Shown one piece after another: positions 24,781 through 38,796 of a DNA stretch of 64,000 bases. How positions within the stretch are numbered: the first letter of the stretch is position 1; the number at the start of each line of letters is the position of its first letter. A program made the position numbers and the translations under genes. The DNA is from Euprymna scolopes (Eukaryota), in NCBI GenBank assembly GCA_053919585.1, contig CM132786.1; one strand, 5' to 3'. The notes beneath the pieces were generated by a model. The model had not been told where the DNA came from. It searched no databases and worked only from the letters and a program-made list of their open reading frames with translations.

Positions 24781-26628
24781 AGAACTACCTTCAAAAGTGA
24801 CATTTCCACCAAATACATTTTTCTATTTCGTTTATCAAGTTAAAAATACAACCTGGGTGGGAGTCAAAAAAAACAAAAACGGTAAAAGGATGAGTGAGGT
24901 CTATGAAGATGATAAACATCTTTTTTCTTTTCCCCCTCCCCCATCTAACTTAACTTTTGGCTTTTTATGGCATAGGGTAATTGAGAGTTTCGTTTTCCTG
25001 TCTTAGAGTCTGTAAGTTAATAACCTTAGCTATGGTCAACCAAGTACTGACCGGTGCCTTTTTAATCTACCTCCACCCACACATACACGCAACACACACA
25101 TAACACATCCATACACAGACACTGCCAACACACACAATATACACACATTAATCCATATATTCAAAAGCGAATCCATGTTGAACACTTTTTGTTTTATTTA
25201 CTGAAACTAGACAATGATTCTGAAACTACGTAGAAGATAAAGTAAANNNNNNNNNNNNNNNNNNNNNNNNNNNNNNNNNNNNNNNNNNNNNNNNNNNNNN
25301 NNNNNNNNNNNNNNNNNNNNNNNNNNNNNNNNNNNNNNNNNNNNNNNNNNNNNNNNNNNNNNNNNNNNNNNNNNNNNNNNNNNNNNNNNNNNNNNNNNNN
25401 NNNNNNNNNNNNNNNNNNNNNNNNNNNNNNNNNNNNNNNNNNNNNNNNNAAATGTGAATAAATATAAACCCGAAAGTTATCTAAACCCCACATGTACCTA
25501 TATGCGTGTATCAATACACTTATAAATGTCTAACATTTATCTACACCCGCGCATATATACACACACACATTTCAGACATACAGAGACAAATAATAGTATT
25601 TTTCTTTACTTATGTAGCGGGGTAACATCTTCGTATATGCAATATTATGCTACNNNNNNNNNNNNNNNNNNNNNNNNNNNNNNNNNNNNNNNNNNNNNNN
25701 NNNNNNNNNNNNNNNNNNNNNNNNNNNNNNNNNNNNNNNNNNNNNNNNNNNNNNNNNNNNNNNNNNNNNNNNNNNNNNNNNNNNNNNNNNNNNNNNNNNN
25801 NNNNNNNNNNNNNNNNNNNNNNNNNNNNNNNNNNNNNNNNNNNAACAGACATACATATACATATCCACACATACATACATATATAACATATATATAAACA
25901 ACATTCGGACATCCATACATTTTTGTAATCTATATTGTTACAACAATTCTATACGAGGCAGCCTATTCTAATAGTTCAGAAATATACGTGTGTATACATA
26001 TATCTACATACAATAGACACAGAGACACATCCACATACAAACATACACACAGATACATAGATACAGATATATATACATATAAATACATAAACATACAAAC
26101 ATACATGCATAGGTAAAATACACTCATATATCCAAAGTCACACAAATATAGACATATATATATACATGCATACATGTACCGTGCCACCAAATGATACATC
26201 TAAAGTAGAAACAGACATGAATACACCTACTATATAAATTCACTTTTTCTATCAAATTCCACACGTCTAGTTATGTTTCATGGCCCCATCCGCTTGTTAC
26301 ACTTTCCTAAGTTGTAGGTTTTTACCGTAAAAATTGACACTACGTAAAAATTTATATTGAATTCAGCATGAAGTTCATAGGGTTATCCTCATATTTAACA
26401 AAGATTCTTTCGATGGTAAGGCAGATATACATAAGATGTATCACGACACAATAATAATATATAATAACATATGACAGAAATCAGAGTATTTAGGTTATAC
26501 AAACCTAGTATATAAGCTTATATATTGTAGTACTTACCTTCATCTTTGCTTATTCACTCTAATACCCTTATTCCTTTCTCTTCCATTCACCCTTCATTCC
26601 TTACTTTCTTTCATCTATTTATTTCTTC

Positions 26629-26661
<33 letters not shown>

Positions 26662-27774
26662 TTTATATTAATAAATTATTTGTCCTACCCGGGTATATAA
26701 AGATCATATATCCATACATGCACACACCCAAAAATATCCATATGCATACATTATTACGAGCTTCACTCAAAACGATCTATTACTCATTTAGTTCAAATAT
26801 ACCTTCATACAGGTACTTATTTCGGCTAGTAATACCATAACTGCTCGATGAAGTAGAATATTAAGTGACTTACGTAACCCATATGGGTATGATTATAGTT
26901 GCGACCTCACTTATCCTCTTTGTGGGGGGGGTTATTTGATGGGGGTTAGTTGTACTTATAGCAGTTCCATTATCCTAATTTAGAGTTCCTTAAGTGCATG
27001 TATTCTGAAATGTTTGCAGGATATAGCAGTTTCTTGTTTAATATTCAATAATTTTTCTCGGTCTTTAAACCTAGTTATCTCAAGTTTTTCTGATAAGCAT
27101 AATAGACATGGTGAGTTCAATGAGTGGCAAGTATTGGCCCTTCTAATAATATTCCATTCTATACTAGGTGTTTTATTTTCTCTAACTAATTTCCAGTAAT
27201 ATAACGATAAGGAAGTGTCCTTTTCATATGTTTGATTATTCATCGAGCGTGTTTATTTATGTATTTTATTTTTATTTATTTATATTTTTTATTTACCTTA
27301 ATGTAACTTTTACTTTATCTTCTACGTAGTTTCAGAATCATTGTCTAGTTTCAGTAAATAAAACAAAAAGTGTTCAACATGGATTCGCTTTTGAATATAT
27401 GGATTAATGTGTGTATATTGTGTGTGTTGGCAGTGTCTGTGTATGGATGTGTTATGTGTGTGTTGCGTGTATGTGTGGGTGGAGGTAGATTAAAAAGGCA
27501 CCGGTCAGTACTTGGTTGACCATAGCTAAGGTTATTAACTTACAGACTCTAAGACAGGAAAACGAAACTCTCAATTACCCTATGCCATAAAAAGCCAAAA
27601 GTTAAGTTAGATGGGGGAGGGGGAAAAGAAAAAAGATGTTTATCATCTTCATAGACCTCACTCATCCTTTTACCGTTTTTGTTTTTTTTGACTCCCACCC
27701 AGGTTGTATTTTTAACTTGATAAACGAAATAGAAAAATGTATTTGGTGGAAATGTCACTTTTGAAGGTAGTTCT

Positions 27775-27838
27775 TGGCCTGAAGACGTAATCCCCCAACG
27801 TGGGTGATTACAGAAACATGTATGCACATATGTAGCCA
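27775..27838 (+). ncRNA. Type I hammerhead ribozyme
   Basis: Stem I TGGC/GCCA; CTGAAGA 27779-27785; long stem II GTAATC-cCCCA-acg-TGGGt-GATTAC with a C-A mismatch at the first pair; GAAA 27813-27816; stem III ACATGT/ATATGT; cleavage after GUA (A27834). Confidence 0.85.
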
Positions 27839-28149
27839 TTAATGTTTGTATAAATAAAATTAATATACCTGCTCTGTTCACTCATTGAGCACTATTTTGG
27901 TAGACACGTGTTGTTTCATTGGATGTACTTCTAGGAAACTAAACTCTACTGGCTATATATATATAAATATATATATATATGATTTCAATTTGATAGAAAT
28001 AGAAGATAATGAATTTAAAGAGGGTTATACGGTCTTACTTTTTTTAAGACTGAATGCAAAGATTTCAAAACACTACAATTGTATTACATATTAGAATTTG
28101 CTACCTACAAAACCCGCATGTTTTTACGTTTGAAATTGGACAGAAAAGA

Positions 28150-31100
28150 TAAAATAAATGAAGAAAAATATTTGTTCGAACTCCTGCTTTTCCACGACGA
28201 AATTCAACTGTAATTTTCATCGTCCGTGTTTATCTCTTATGTCGAAAAACTAACCGCCTGTGTGCTTCCACCTCGTCATTTTCATAACAGTTTCTGTCCT
28301 CCTATGCGAATTAATGTCACGTGTATTATAGAGAGCTTTCTGCAAACAAAGATCTTTTCTTTCTCTATTTATTCCTTATTTCGTCACACGACAGGGAAGA
28401 GAAGGGCGCACCCCTTTGTGTGAGTCACTTTCACCATTCCTTGCACCGCGTAAGTAATTTCGATAATCTGATGATCACATAGATTAAAACTCAGAAGTGG
28501 TCTTCTTCGTCTAGTGCTCCTTAAAGCTAGAGGTTCTTCCTCGTCGGATAACTCATCAGGAGAAAGGTTATTTGGCGCAGACGCGTCGTCTACTTCAGAG
28601 GCATCGCCGCGTGTCTCGTTTATAGTAATAAACCTCGCTCATTGGGCTGACAGTTTTGCTGTCACTATTGCTGTCCTTGTTAAGAAGGCCTATGACGCGC
28701 CGCTGATTTATTACATGTCGGGGCATCACGTCCATAAGAACCTTCTGTCAGCTTCTCACTCCCGTGAAGCATCTGCGTGTATCAAGTAACGCGCACTGGC
28801 CAAATGTGGTATTCACTAACACTCGACTGCCCACACTGTATCTATTGTGCTAGCGCTCTTTGGGATTGCCCGAATTGGGGTTCGACAATACTCTTCAGTC
28901 GAACGCGGTAGCGATGAATCAGGTTAGCCGTGGCAATCAATGGTGATACAACGTCCTAAGATTAACATTTTGTTTCCACTACGGAATATCGTTACCTTGC
29001 TGCGATTCGCTTCACACTTCGATGACATCGCCCCACAATGGCATTGCTGGAGGGGACGTCCTCACAACGAAAGTACAATTAGACTCCTCATTCATTTAAA
29101 ACGTTCTCAAAGACTTTGTTGCAGAATGTTGTCTCGTAGTTGAGGAGTATTTCTGCTGACGCTCCACGCTCGCAAAACAGGATTTCTAAGTGGCTGATGA
29201 TGCTTGCTGTCTGAAATGACGCCAGATTTAGAAGCGGGTTGGCCCGCATTCAATGAGCAATAGATATTGTTTGCCTGATAGTTAGTTTCACCTGAAACAA
29301 AGTGTCGATAACGTCCAAGTCTCCTATTTGCTTATTTGTGGATGATGGCTTTATCAACTGACATTTTCGCCATTTCCTCCCACAGCCTAACAAACGCCTT
29401 AGAATCGTCTGCCTTACGACGGGATAACTACTTTGATGATGGGCACAATAAATCCAATCAAGCCGTACCTACTTAGATGTCGGCACTGCTTTCGCACAGT
29501 ACAAAGATTCAACTGGTTTATGCGCCGATATCAAGCCATCACTGTGGTACTCTCGTTAAAGCGCGTTTGGTTATGTTTTGACCTCATTAGAACTGCATAA
29601 ACGAATAGTTTATATTCCGTGACCAAACTTGTAAGTATGTCAAGCCACCACGTGATTAGCATCTCACTTGCCGCTTTGGTGCGCAAGCTAGCCTTCCCCG
29701 TGAGGGTCCGTAATCCATTTGTGCACACAGACAGAATCAGTGGAAAGAGGCAGCACCGTTGCTTCCCACGTCAATGCTATTCTCACTCATTTTAGAAGGG
29801 CATTGAGCTTCGCTGCGTATCCTCATCCTTTTGTAACCAGCTTCCGTCCTCCAGGCTGACTCCATCGTAAACTAGCGATACTCCAGTGACAAAGAAGCTT
29901 GTATCAACCCACTCGTCAATTTTAGAACCAGGCACATATCACTTACCTCGTTAGGGATCTACTTTGTGCTATCTTGCAGCAATCCCTTCCACAATTGTTA
30001 ACCGGCCGGCAGTCATCCTGTCAATCCAGCTTCTTGTCACATCTACTGTTCTTATTCTTACGAACGCTGCAGCGAGCCTGAACCACTTGACAATTGAAAC
30101 GTCCCTACTTAACGTTCCACAAAATGGAAATACACTTCCAGGGGTAAAAACACACGGAACGCTAGGAACCTCGTTTCTCGTTCACATATCACTGCTTCAC
30201 CTTTCTTGAACTGATAGGCAAAGCACCCTAGCACTGTTCTGCAGACGCTCTGGTTCTTTGCTTGCTAATCCTAAATCGGTTAAGTGTTGTTTCACTTTAG
30301 TAGTAGAACCATTAACCTCATTGATAAAGACATCGTCAGTGTACGTCAGTGTTTCCTGTCGGATACTGTTTTTTCTCAAGGGTGTAGCTTCAACAATAGA
30401 TCACATGATCGAAGGTGCTACATTGACCTCAAACTCATGTGCGTCAGGCAGTATCTCTTTCGTTCGAAGATCACAGTCTGATACGGCTATGAGTATTTAT
30501 GCACACGCAGATTGACCTTCAAAGGTCAATTAACGACAATGGAGCATTTCATCCTTCATTAGCTTTTATACGCAGAGATCGGCAAGGTCCGTGTAGACGT
30601 CGACGTGTTCATTTATCTGACGAAAGTCCAATACCGGGCGCATCTTGGAAATTCTCTTGAGAAATAGGCACTTGATATAATCAATTTCTAGGGACAAAGA
30701 TTTCCCTCCGAATAGGAAAGTAGTCCGACATTGCTCAATCACGTCTCCAATTCATGACAGTACTTATTTCGAATGTGGTCGGACATCAGATACTCAGATA
30801 TTTTAAGATGAATGGGGAGAGAGTCGCGCTGAAATCTCGCCTCAATTTTGTCCGGACAGTCTCAGAGAGGCCATTCTAGGATAAAGGATTAAAAGTGTAC
30901 AACAGTCAATTGGATAATATAGTAATCGTTAGTAATGGAAATTCGGTAAATTTGTAAACTTAAGTAGAATGTTTCACCAAGAATTTGTTTACGTTGGACT
31001 TGAAGACAACCCTATTGTATTCAGGTCTTTTAAAGATAAAGTATCCATCCTAATTTATGATCCAGAATGCCTGATGTGGCATGATAGTCTATTAATGTAG

Positions 31101-31770
31101 GCACTTTTCATCGAGCATCCTGGCGGCATTTCGCCTACCAGTCGTGCAAGCCGTTGCAAGTCTGTGAGGAACTCATTTACGGTCTCCCCCTGGCAAAGGC
31201 GTTGAGTGGTGAATCGCTCCGAGGACGCAAATGAGTGTGCCCCTTAGACTTTTACAAATGCATGTTTGATTTCTTCAATATCATTCCGTTGCCGAAATGT
31301 TTTCGAGCCGTGCGTTTCAATTTTAATGGCAGCACTCGCTCAACCTTGGTTATTTCGCACAGCTCACAATCAACTGTAGATCATCCAAACATTCCATTAT
31401 TGGAGTATCAGCTGCTGCGCCACAGAATTCGTGGATTCGATGAATGTTGAATTGTTTAAACGCCATAAGTCTAATAAGGCCGAAATAGCTTGATGAAAAA
31501 AATGTTTTTTTTAATTTATTAAATGAAGAAAAATGTATATTCGAACTCTTGCTTTCACATGACTAAATTCAATTGTAATTTCTACCGTTCGTTCTCTCTC
31601 TTTCTCTCAGCTGTTGAAGAACTAACCGTCCTTCGTGCTTTTTTTAATGACAGTTTTAATGATATATGTATATTACTGAGCCTTCTGTAAACAAGAATAT
31701 TTTCTTTCTCTATCCTTCCTAATTTTTCACCCAAAATGAAAGACAGAGGTGTGCCGGTTTTGATATATCA
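28150..31770 (-). mobile_element. Decayed LTR retrotransposon (Gypsy-like) with two diverged LTRs
   Basis: Direct repeats at about 28155-28410 and 31520-31755 (aaatgaagaaaaat..ttcgaactc.tgcttt..aattcaa.tgtaattt). Minus-strand RT (RPVLDFRQINEH; APSIM; TYTDDVFIN), RNase H (TDS..LRTKAASEMLI) and integrase-like remnants. Confidence 0.75.
30850..31030 (-). mobile_element. CR1-like 3' fragment nested in the LTR element
   Basis: Minus strand YNRVVFKSNVNKF and a 3'UTR homologous to 35130-35310. Confidence 0.65.
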
Positions 31771-32169
31771 CTTACTTCGCTACTTGACCCAGTTTCCCTT
31801 TGTTGTTCAATTCCGTGACACCAATATATGAAGGTCTACGAGAACAAACTATCAGAAATGGCAGGACAGCCCTTGTAGTTTCTATCAAAATCTAATACCC
31901 TACTTTTATTGCGAATTCATCCTCAACCTTGTTGTTTCTACGTCAGACAATAAAAATACATAAAAAATACAAAATCTACAACACATACCTCTGTCTGCAT
32001 TAGCGAGGATATGACAATCCCACAGAATGATGAAAATCCAATAAGGTTTGTTGGCATCGCTCTGGGCTAGTGGTTATGCTACTTTGACCCAAAAGGCATA
32101 CCATGCCTGGACCCAAAGTCATTATCTAATGACGATTCGTTAGAAGCAATGCTGCTGTACAAACAACAG

Positions 32170-32227
<58 letters not shown>

Positions 32228-32919
32228 TAAAATAAAAAAAAATGAGGAATAAAAGTGATATAGAAATTCATTTTATAATCAGATCAATATAGAAGGAAAA
32301 TTATGAAAAAGAAGAAAACCTTCCGTGACCAATATGGTGTAAGGACAGTGTGCCTAAAATCTGCAGTGAATAAAACAGCATACAATAAAGTTTGTATGAT
32401 AATAACATTCGCAAATACACTTGTCATGTAAAGCTGCGTAAGAATTTGAAAATCGCCTGTTCATTCATTTATTGCATGATTTCGGTTATTGAGCATGAAC
32501 GTTTATCTGAGACCTTCTCAAACCAATCTACGAAGACTGGCAGATGCATGAGGTGCCTTAGTGTGAAATTTCATAAAACAAACTGGCCCAAGTCTTTCGA
32601 GTCCGTAGAGAGCGAACTTACACANNNNNNNNNNNNNNNNNNNNNNNNNNNNNNNNNNNNNNNNNNNNNNNNNNNNNNNNNNNNNNNNNNNNNNNNNNNN
32701 NNNNNNNNNNNNNNNNNNNNNNNNNNNNNNNNNNNNNNNNNNNNNNNNNNNNNNNNNNNNAAAATAAAGTCAAATAAAACAACTAGCAAAAAAAAACAAC
32801 ATTTAACCTAGATTTAAAATAGGTCAGGACAATAGATATATATACTCCCCGCTAAAAGAGCACGCACCGAGGAACTGGTGAACCAGAGGTAAACTGGGAA
32901 TTTGTCCTGTAAGTGCATG

Positions 32920-33006
32920 CTCATTGGCTTACTAGGAAGGTTGCGGTGGAAACTATAAAGCTTATTGGCTAACTAAAAACTCAATAGAAGATGCGTATAT
33001 AAAAAC
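32920..33006 (+). promoter_or_regulatory. Candidate Pol II promoter (two inverted CCAAT boxes plus TATA box)
   Basis: tcattggct (about 32921) and ttattggct (about 32962), then gtatataaaaac (32996-33006) about 30 nt before hammerhead stem I. Confidence 0.45.
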
Positions 33007-33032
33007 GCGAGACAACCACAAAATTCTCGCAT

Positions 33033-33083
33033 AAGCCTGAGGAATCCTAGCGTGAATGAAACGCAGAATATTCTGTGTAGCAT
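33033..33083 (+). ncRNA. Type I hammerhead with palindromic stem III (dimer-type)
   Basis: aagc-CTGAGGA-ATCC-tagcgt-GAAT-GAAA-cgcagaatattctgtg-TA-gcat; single mismatches in stems I and II relative to the 59677 copy. Confidence 0.75.
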
Positions 33084-35127
33084 AATCATCATATATATAT
33101 TTTATAACTTACTACCTAGCTCTACCTACGTATTGAGCACTGTTGTAGTAAATACTTCAAGTTTACGCATGAATTTATACTTTCCTATATTAATTTATNN
33201 NNNNNNNNNNNNNNNNNNNNNNNNNNNNNNNNNNNNNNNNNNNNNNNNNNNNNNNNNNNNNNNNNNNNNNNNNNNNNNNNNNNNNNNNNNNNNNNNNNNN
33301 NNNNNNNNNNNNNNNNNNNNNNNNNNNNNNNNNNNNNNNNNNNNNNNNNNNNNNNAAATTATTAAAAACAATATAATCTGATTAAAGTACAAAATAGCAA
33401 AAAGAAAAAGAGAAAGGTAAAAAAAATGCAGTAGAACCCCGGATTACAAATTAATAACAAAGTACAGTGTATTATGTTATACACATATATATAATCAAAT
33501 AGAATTATAGATAACACTGTTAGGCGAAGCAAATGCAATAGTGGAAAAAGCATCCTATACCACCTCGTACTTGAGAACATAGTATCCTCGTATCCTCCTT
33601 AAACCTGATATTTCAGTTTATGCAGATTGCGTATGTAATATTATAGAATCAATCTTCTATTGCATATCATATATTTCAAGAAATAATTTGCCCGGTGGAC
33701 TAAGTTACAACAACAACAAAAACAGCAAACAACAAACAACAACAACAACAACAACAATAATAATAATAATAATAATAATGACGTGTATCAAATGCGTGTT
33801 TACAATATCACGTCAATTGATATTTGGGCTTGAGGATGAATGTCCTGGAATGTCACTTCTGATTAATGTATAGTTATCAAATATACAAACGAAGTAATGA
33901 TTTGCAGAGATTTGAAATGGCAATCTTCTGTTATCACGAGTTGAGTCATAAAGAAATAAAATAAAATTGTGAGGTTTGAACAAGGAGGTGGGGGGTCATT
34001 CGATCTATATTCGAATGCTCCTATACTGACCTCTATTTTTGCAAGTGTCAATAATTCTTCTTTTTGTTTTGCTTGAGAAAAAATGATTTGTTAAGATTTT
34101 GTTATCTCTTTTGTAAGTGTCTGTCGTGACCGACAATGCTATAAAGATCCAAACTATGGTGTCTTGGATCGACGTATTTTGATTTAAAAAAAAAAATTTT
34201 TTTAGATTTTTATCTCATCTCTCTCTTTCCTGGGGAACATTTTGGCTCGCCAGCAATCCCGATCCCAGGATAATGCTGTCCATTGGTCATATTCCACAGC
34301 AAAATCCCTGAGATCTCGCTTTAGCCCGGCCCTGAATCTAAGACGCGGACACCATGTAATACATTGTGAACTAGGCGTTCACATGACATTCGGTTTACAG
34401 AGCCTGCCCACCGAAGTTTCATAATTTTCTTTATTGGGGAGGGGGTGTCAACGGCCAACTAGCACCGTATATATATGTCAGGTCAGGAGTCCAACTCCTG
34501 TTTCTTGTACCATGTAACCCGCTATTACCTGTGTCATAACGTGCCAGCAGTGTTGTCCTCTTCACTAATACCGACCTGGTGCCTGGCGCTGCGCTGCACC
34601 TCTCAAGGTTGGGTGGTCCCTTCTGTGTTGCGGTTGTAACGTAAAATATACCCTGTAAAATTATTTTTATCTATAAAAAGAAAAAATATTTTTTTAGAAT
34701 ATGATTTTTTCGATTTTCTATAATTATCAGATGAATGTCTTTACTAAACGTATCTGAGAACACTGTTAGATACATAAACTACGTTTGTGTTAAATTTGCA
34801 AAAGATTGGCTCAGTCGTTCCGGAAAACATGTACCAGAAACGTACACACCCACACACACACACAAATTAATAATAGAGATATGAAGGTACATATAAAAAA
34901 TGGAGAACCGGGATAGAGGAAGGCGAAGATAAAAAAGAAGGAAAAAATTAAGGTAAATGAAAAAATGTAGGTGGAGTGACTGTAGACATGAGAAATTTGG
35001 CGTAATTAAAGACTTGCAAATGTCACAATGAAAGATGAATAAAGTATAGCGAAGGTAAACTAAATATGGAAGACGGCAGTGTATAATATAATAGGGGAGT
35101 GTCTTTAACGGCCAGGCAATGGGTGTT

Positions 35128-35533
35128 TCTTTACATAGGCATCACCACATTATCAAGGCCAAGAGGCCACTCAAAGATAAGGGTTAAAGAGTGTACAGTG
35201 GAAATTGGACAATATAGTAATCATTAGTAATGAAAATTTGGTAAATTTGATAACTTATATGGAACGGCTCATCACAGAACTTATTTACGTTAGACTTGAA
35301 GATAACCATATTGTAGTCAGCCGGAAAGCAGGAAAACGGAAGACAATTCCACAGGCGTGCAGTTCTAAGAAAGAAGCGTTGTTCATGGAATCTACGTTTA
35401 GGTTTAGGCACAGATAAAGAGTGGGGGGAATTATTGATAGTGTTTACAGCTAGACGGTGTTTCTTGTGAATGTTTGGCGAGGGGGGACCATAGATTGAAG
35501 CTCAGTCGAACACTTTCCATGAAAATAACGATA
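35128..35533 (-). mobile_element. CR1-like LINE 3' fragment
   Basis: ORF 35184-35411 FFLRTARLWNCLPFSCFPADYNMVIFKSNVNKF plus the shared 3'UTR. Confidence 0.8.
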
Positions 35534-36249
35534 CATTTCAATTTTCTTATATCCCTACAATTGTTAATAACTTAATGTTTAAGCTTTATAATATTAACAT
35601 ACTTATTTTTGGAGATGATGTTATTTAACATGCAGAGATGGTATAGATTTGAGCTGGGGAAAATTTTACTTTTTTAAGATTAACGATTTTAAGGAGAAAC
35701 GTATATTATCAGACTTAATATTCCTAACTATTGTCGTTAAAGATGGTCGGTTGTTATTGTAATGCAGCTTTAAAAAGGAATAAATGTGACATAAAATGTG
35801 TGTTTTGATTGTAAAGCAAATGCATCGATATAATTGTATATTTTAAGGTAGATACACTTATCTACATTATTAGTAGTGTAGAGAGGAGAAAGGCTAGTGG
35901 CGTTATGGGTGGTAGATTGACTGAAGCGGCATCATGATTGATACGTTCTGAGAGAAACCTATCATTAGCTCGTACGTTAGGTGGGTTACGATTTTGAATA
36001 TTACCTATAATTTTTTTATAAGATGGAGAAGGTGAATACGGATAAGTTAAATTATTATTTAGGCTTGCACAGGGCAATTCAGTCACAGATGCTATATAGT
36101 TCACATCACCGTGTATAACTATGATATATTAAAGGGGATACTGATGGGAAACTTGACAATTACAATTCGAATATTGAGTGTCCTGTAGATTATTATAAGG
36201 CACCATTAATATTACTATCATTGAAAATAATTACAGTCTTAGCTAAATG

Positions 36250-38796
36250 TGTTATGGTATAGAAACACACTTTAACCTCATTTTTAATCAATATAGAACT
36301 ATAAAACATAAAATCAATAAATAGTAATCAACGTGTCGCCCCTATTTCAGGAGACATCATCAGGATTGGATTTTTTTAAATGCTGTGGAAAAAGGTTTCA
36401 GACCACATACGAGTGAAAGACCTTAAGGCTGCTTATTACTCTATAAAGGAATTTATAAATGTGCGTGTAGGGAGGTTGAATTATTCTATCTCTATATACA
36501 GGTAACGGTTACTTATATACATACCTACATGCATATTTATCGAACCATTCATTTTTTTTATATATGTTTTTATATTATTAGTTAGTTCGCTAATACCTTA
36601 TTAATTTTGTTAAAATTATATAATGAGAAACGGTTAAGGATATATAGAATAGCTACCCAGGATCTTCATTCATATTTTGCTCTTTGACTTTGTAGAATCC
36701 GTTTTGCTGCATAGTGATACTAGTATTTGAAATGAGTGTTGATTCTAAAAGTCTTCGTTTAACTCTATCTGGAACGAATTTGATGATTTCTGCATTTGCA
36801 AAGCTGAATGAATGACCATGATCGATTCTCCTATATATGCCTGGTGGAAATTATTACAAATGTTATATCTGCCGGCGTTGGATGTGCAGGTTTTGGAGGA
36901 GGTCATAGTGGCTTTTAATGTTTGCTTTATCGTTAATGAAGTGGTCAGTATCGTGTATATACCAAATCATTTGAAGGTGTTGCAAATTGTTGTATTGTTA
37001 ATATGAGTTCGTAGGAACGGATGTCTATTTAGTAGGGATGTTTCCCTTGTGTCATGTTTCTGTTTGCTTATGTCAGAATATATTTTTGTGATTTTTTAAT
37101 CGTATTAGAAATTAAATATTCAGATATTGTAATGTTTTTAGGACGTTTGTGACGTGTTGTATTTTCCCATGAAGGCATTGGGGACTACAAATTGTAATGC
37201 GAGTAAGAAATTGTTCTGATGTGTAGTTTTTCTGTGTACTTTAACATTAGATCATTTTCTGATCTCATGATTAGAAAATCTAGAAAGGTTAGGGAACTGT
37301 TTTGTTGGGATTCGTGCGAGAATTTTACAGAGGGCTCACCTAAATTTCAATTATTGTTTAGTTGTTATATTTGTGCATTTACGGGGAGAAAAATAAGGAT
37401 GTTTTCGATGTATCTAAAGTCAGTAATGTTTGCAGGCAAACTAATTTTAAAGGAGCTGATTTCTAAAAATCTAAAACTTCTAACAATAAGCAGGATAGTA
37501 CCAAACTGTGTGGATTTCCCATAGGGAATCCGAATGTTTGTCTGCAAAAAGAATTATTGCATTGGAAGTAAGTTCAGTGATTAGTTTAACTATTTGTCTC
37601 AATGTGTCCGGGGAAAAGTTAGATCGATGTTAATTTTGTTTAGGTGTTTGTTGAGTAGAGATTAGCATTTTTTTAATTAGAACATTAATATACGAGAAAT
37701 TTATGTACAAACTGTGCATGGTTTTCTATCGTATATCGATGTTTTCTTTTATTATTATATTAGGAAGTCGCCAGAGATGTTAACAAGTGCAGTACTAACG
37801 CTGCCCACTAATGGGAGTCAAGATGTGGGTAATGACTCGTGCAACTTTATGCGTGACTCTGTCGATGTTTGATATTATGTATCGCATGGGGATGTTTTTT
37901 TATGTGTTTTTGGAAGTTTATAAAGTGTGGAGACGATGGGATGGTACTCGATATAAGCTGTCAATTTTTTATTGTTTTTTTACAAGTATTTGAAACATTT
38001 GTTGAACGTTTCAATAGCGTAATGTATGACGTTGTAATTTGTTGAGGCATATGTATCGGTGTCTTATAATAGTTTGTGCATTTTTCTGAATATGTATTTT
38101 TTTGTATAGTTACTATGCCGTCGCCTTAATCTACTTGTGAAATGATGATGTCTTTATTTTTTAAAGTCCTGTGAATCTCTTTGTTAATACCGACTCGTGA
38201 GGCTGGGTAGTCATTTTTGATGTTATTCCTTGTATGAAACATTTTGTAAAGTCTGAATCATCGTGTTTATAGGTTTTTTAGGGTTGTATTAGTGGTAATG
38301 TATGAATGTCTGCCAGTAGTGAATTTTAGGCTAAAACTGAAATCCACAATTTAAATGTATGAGAAGGGTTTTGAAGTGAGGTTGTGTATCAGATCTGGAC
38401 GCCCTAGGGTTTTCCATTTATTATTTGAATAAAGTCTGTTTTACAGTATAAGAGTGTGACGGGTGTTAAAATTTCTAATAGATTTGGTGGTGTTTTTCAT
38501 TGAGTTGAATTTGATTTTTTTTAATTCTGTTTAAGGTTGGTAATTAATATTCTAGCTTGCAGAAATGGATTAGAGCGTTGGCGTTTTAGAAGAGTCGCAT
38601 ATGATTATGGGTACTTTTCAATATGCGGACGGAAAATTAAAAGTGCCTTGATATGAATAGACGGAATAACCTTTTCCTCAATGAATATTTCCAGAAAAAA
38701 ATTCTCCTGTTGTATTGAGAATTTGCAACGAATAAGGTGTGTTGTATGTTCGCAGTTATTGTTTGAAACGGAATCAATAAAATTTTATTTATTTTA

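Larger units (their letters stand above)
24688..27953 (-). mobile_element. Young 5'-truncated PLE (family 3) with inverted pLTR arms in (TA)n
   Basis: 559-bp inverted repeat 24688-25246 / 27309-27867 (left arm cut by an N gap); GIY-YIG C-terminus on minus strand 26980-27243 (CLLCLSEKLEI..LLNIKQE..SCKH); hammerheads in both arms; (TA)n on both sides. Confidence 0.85.
32761..33198 (+). mobile_element. PLE 3' end (family 2): ORF tail, promoter-like pLTR, hammerhead, tail
   Basis: TFNLD..G..ID.Y-like C-terminal remnant; two ATTGG boxes and tatataaaa; hammerhead at 33033-33083; tail homologous to 5907-6010; bounded by N gaps. Confidence 0.65.

Noticed and set aside
24716-25006. Identical 96-aa ORFs here and at 27549-27881
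   Set aside because: By-product of the inverted repeat, antisense to the hammerhead-bearing pLTR; not a gene duplication.
25194-26199. ORFs spanning N gaps or (CA)/(TA) tracts (also near 32.6, 33.2, 41, 42.1, 45.2, 58.6 and 62.2 kb)
   Set aside because: Artefacts of gaps and microsatellites.
32845-32865. actc-cccgctaaaa-gagcac resembling the shared motif
   Set aside because: First base and spacer length differ, and it lies upstream of the hammerhead; likely chance.
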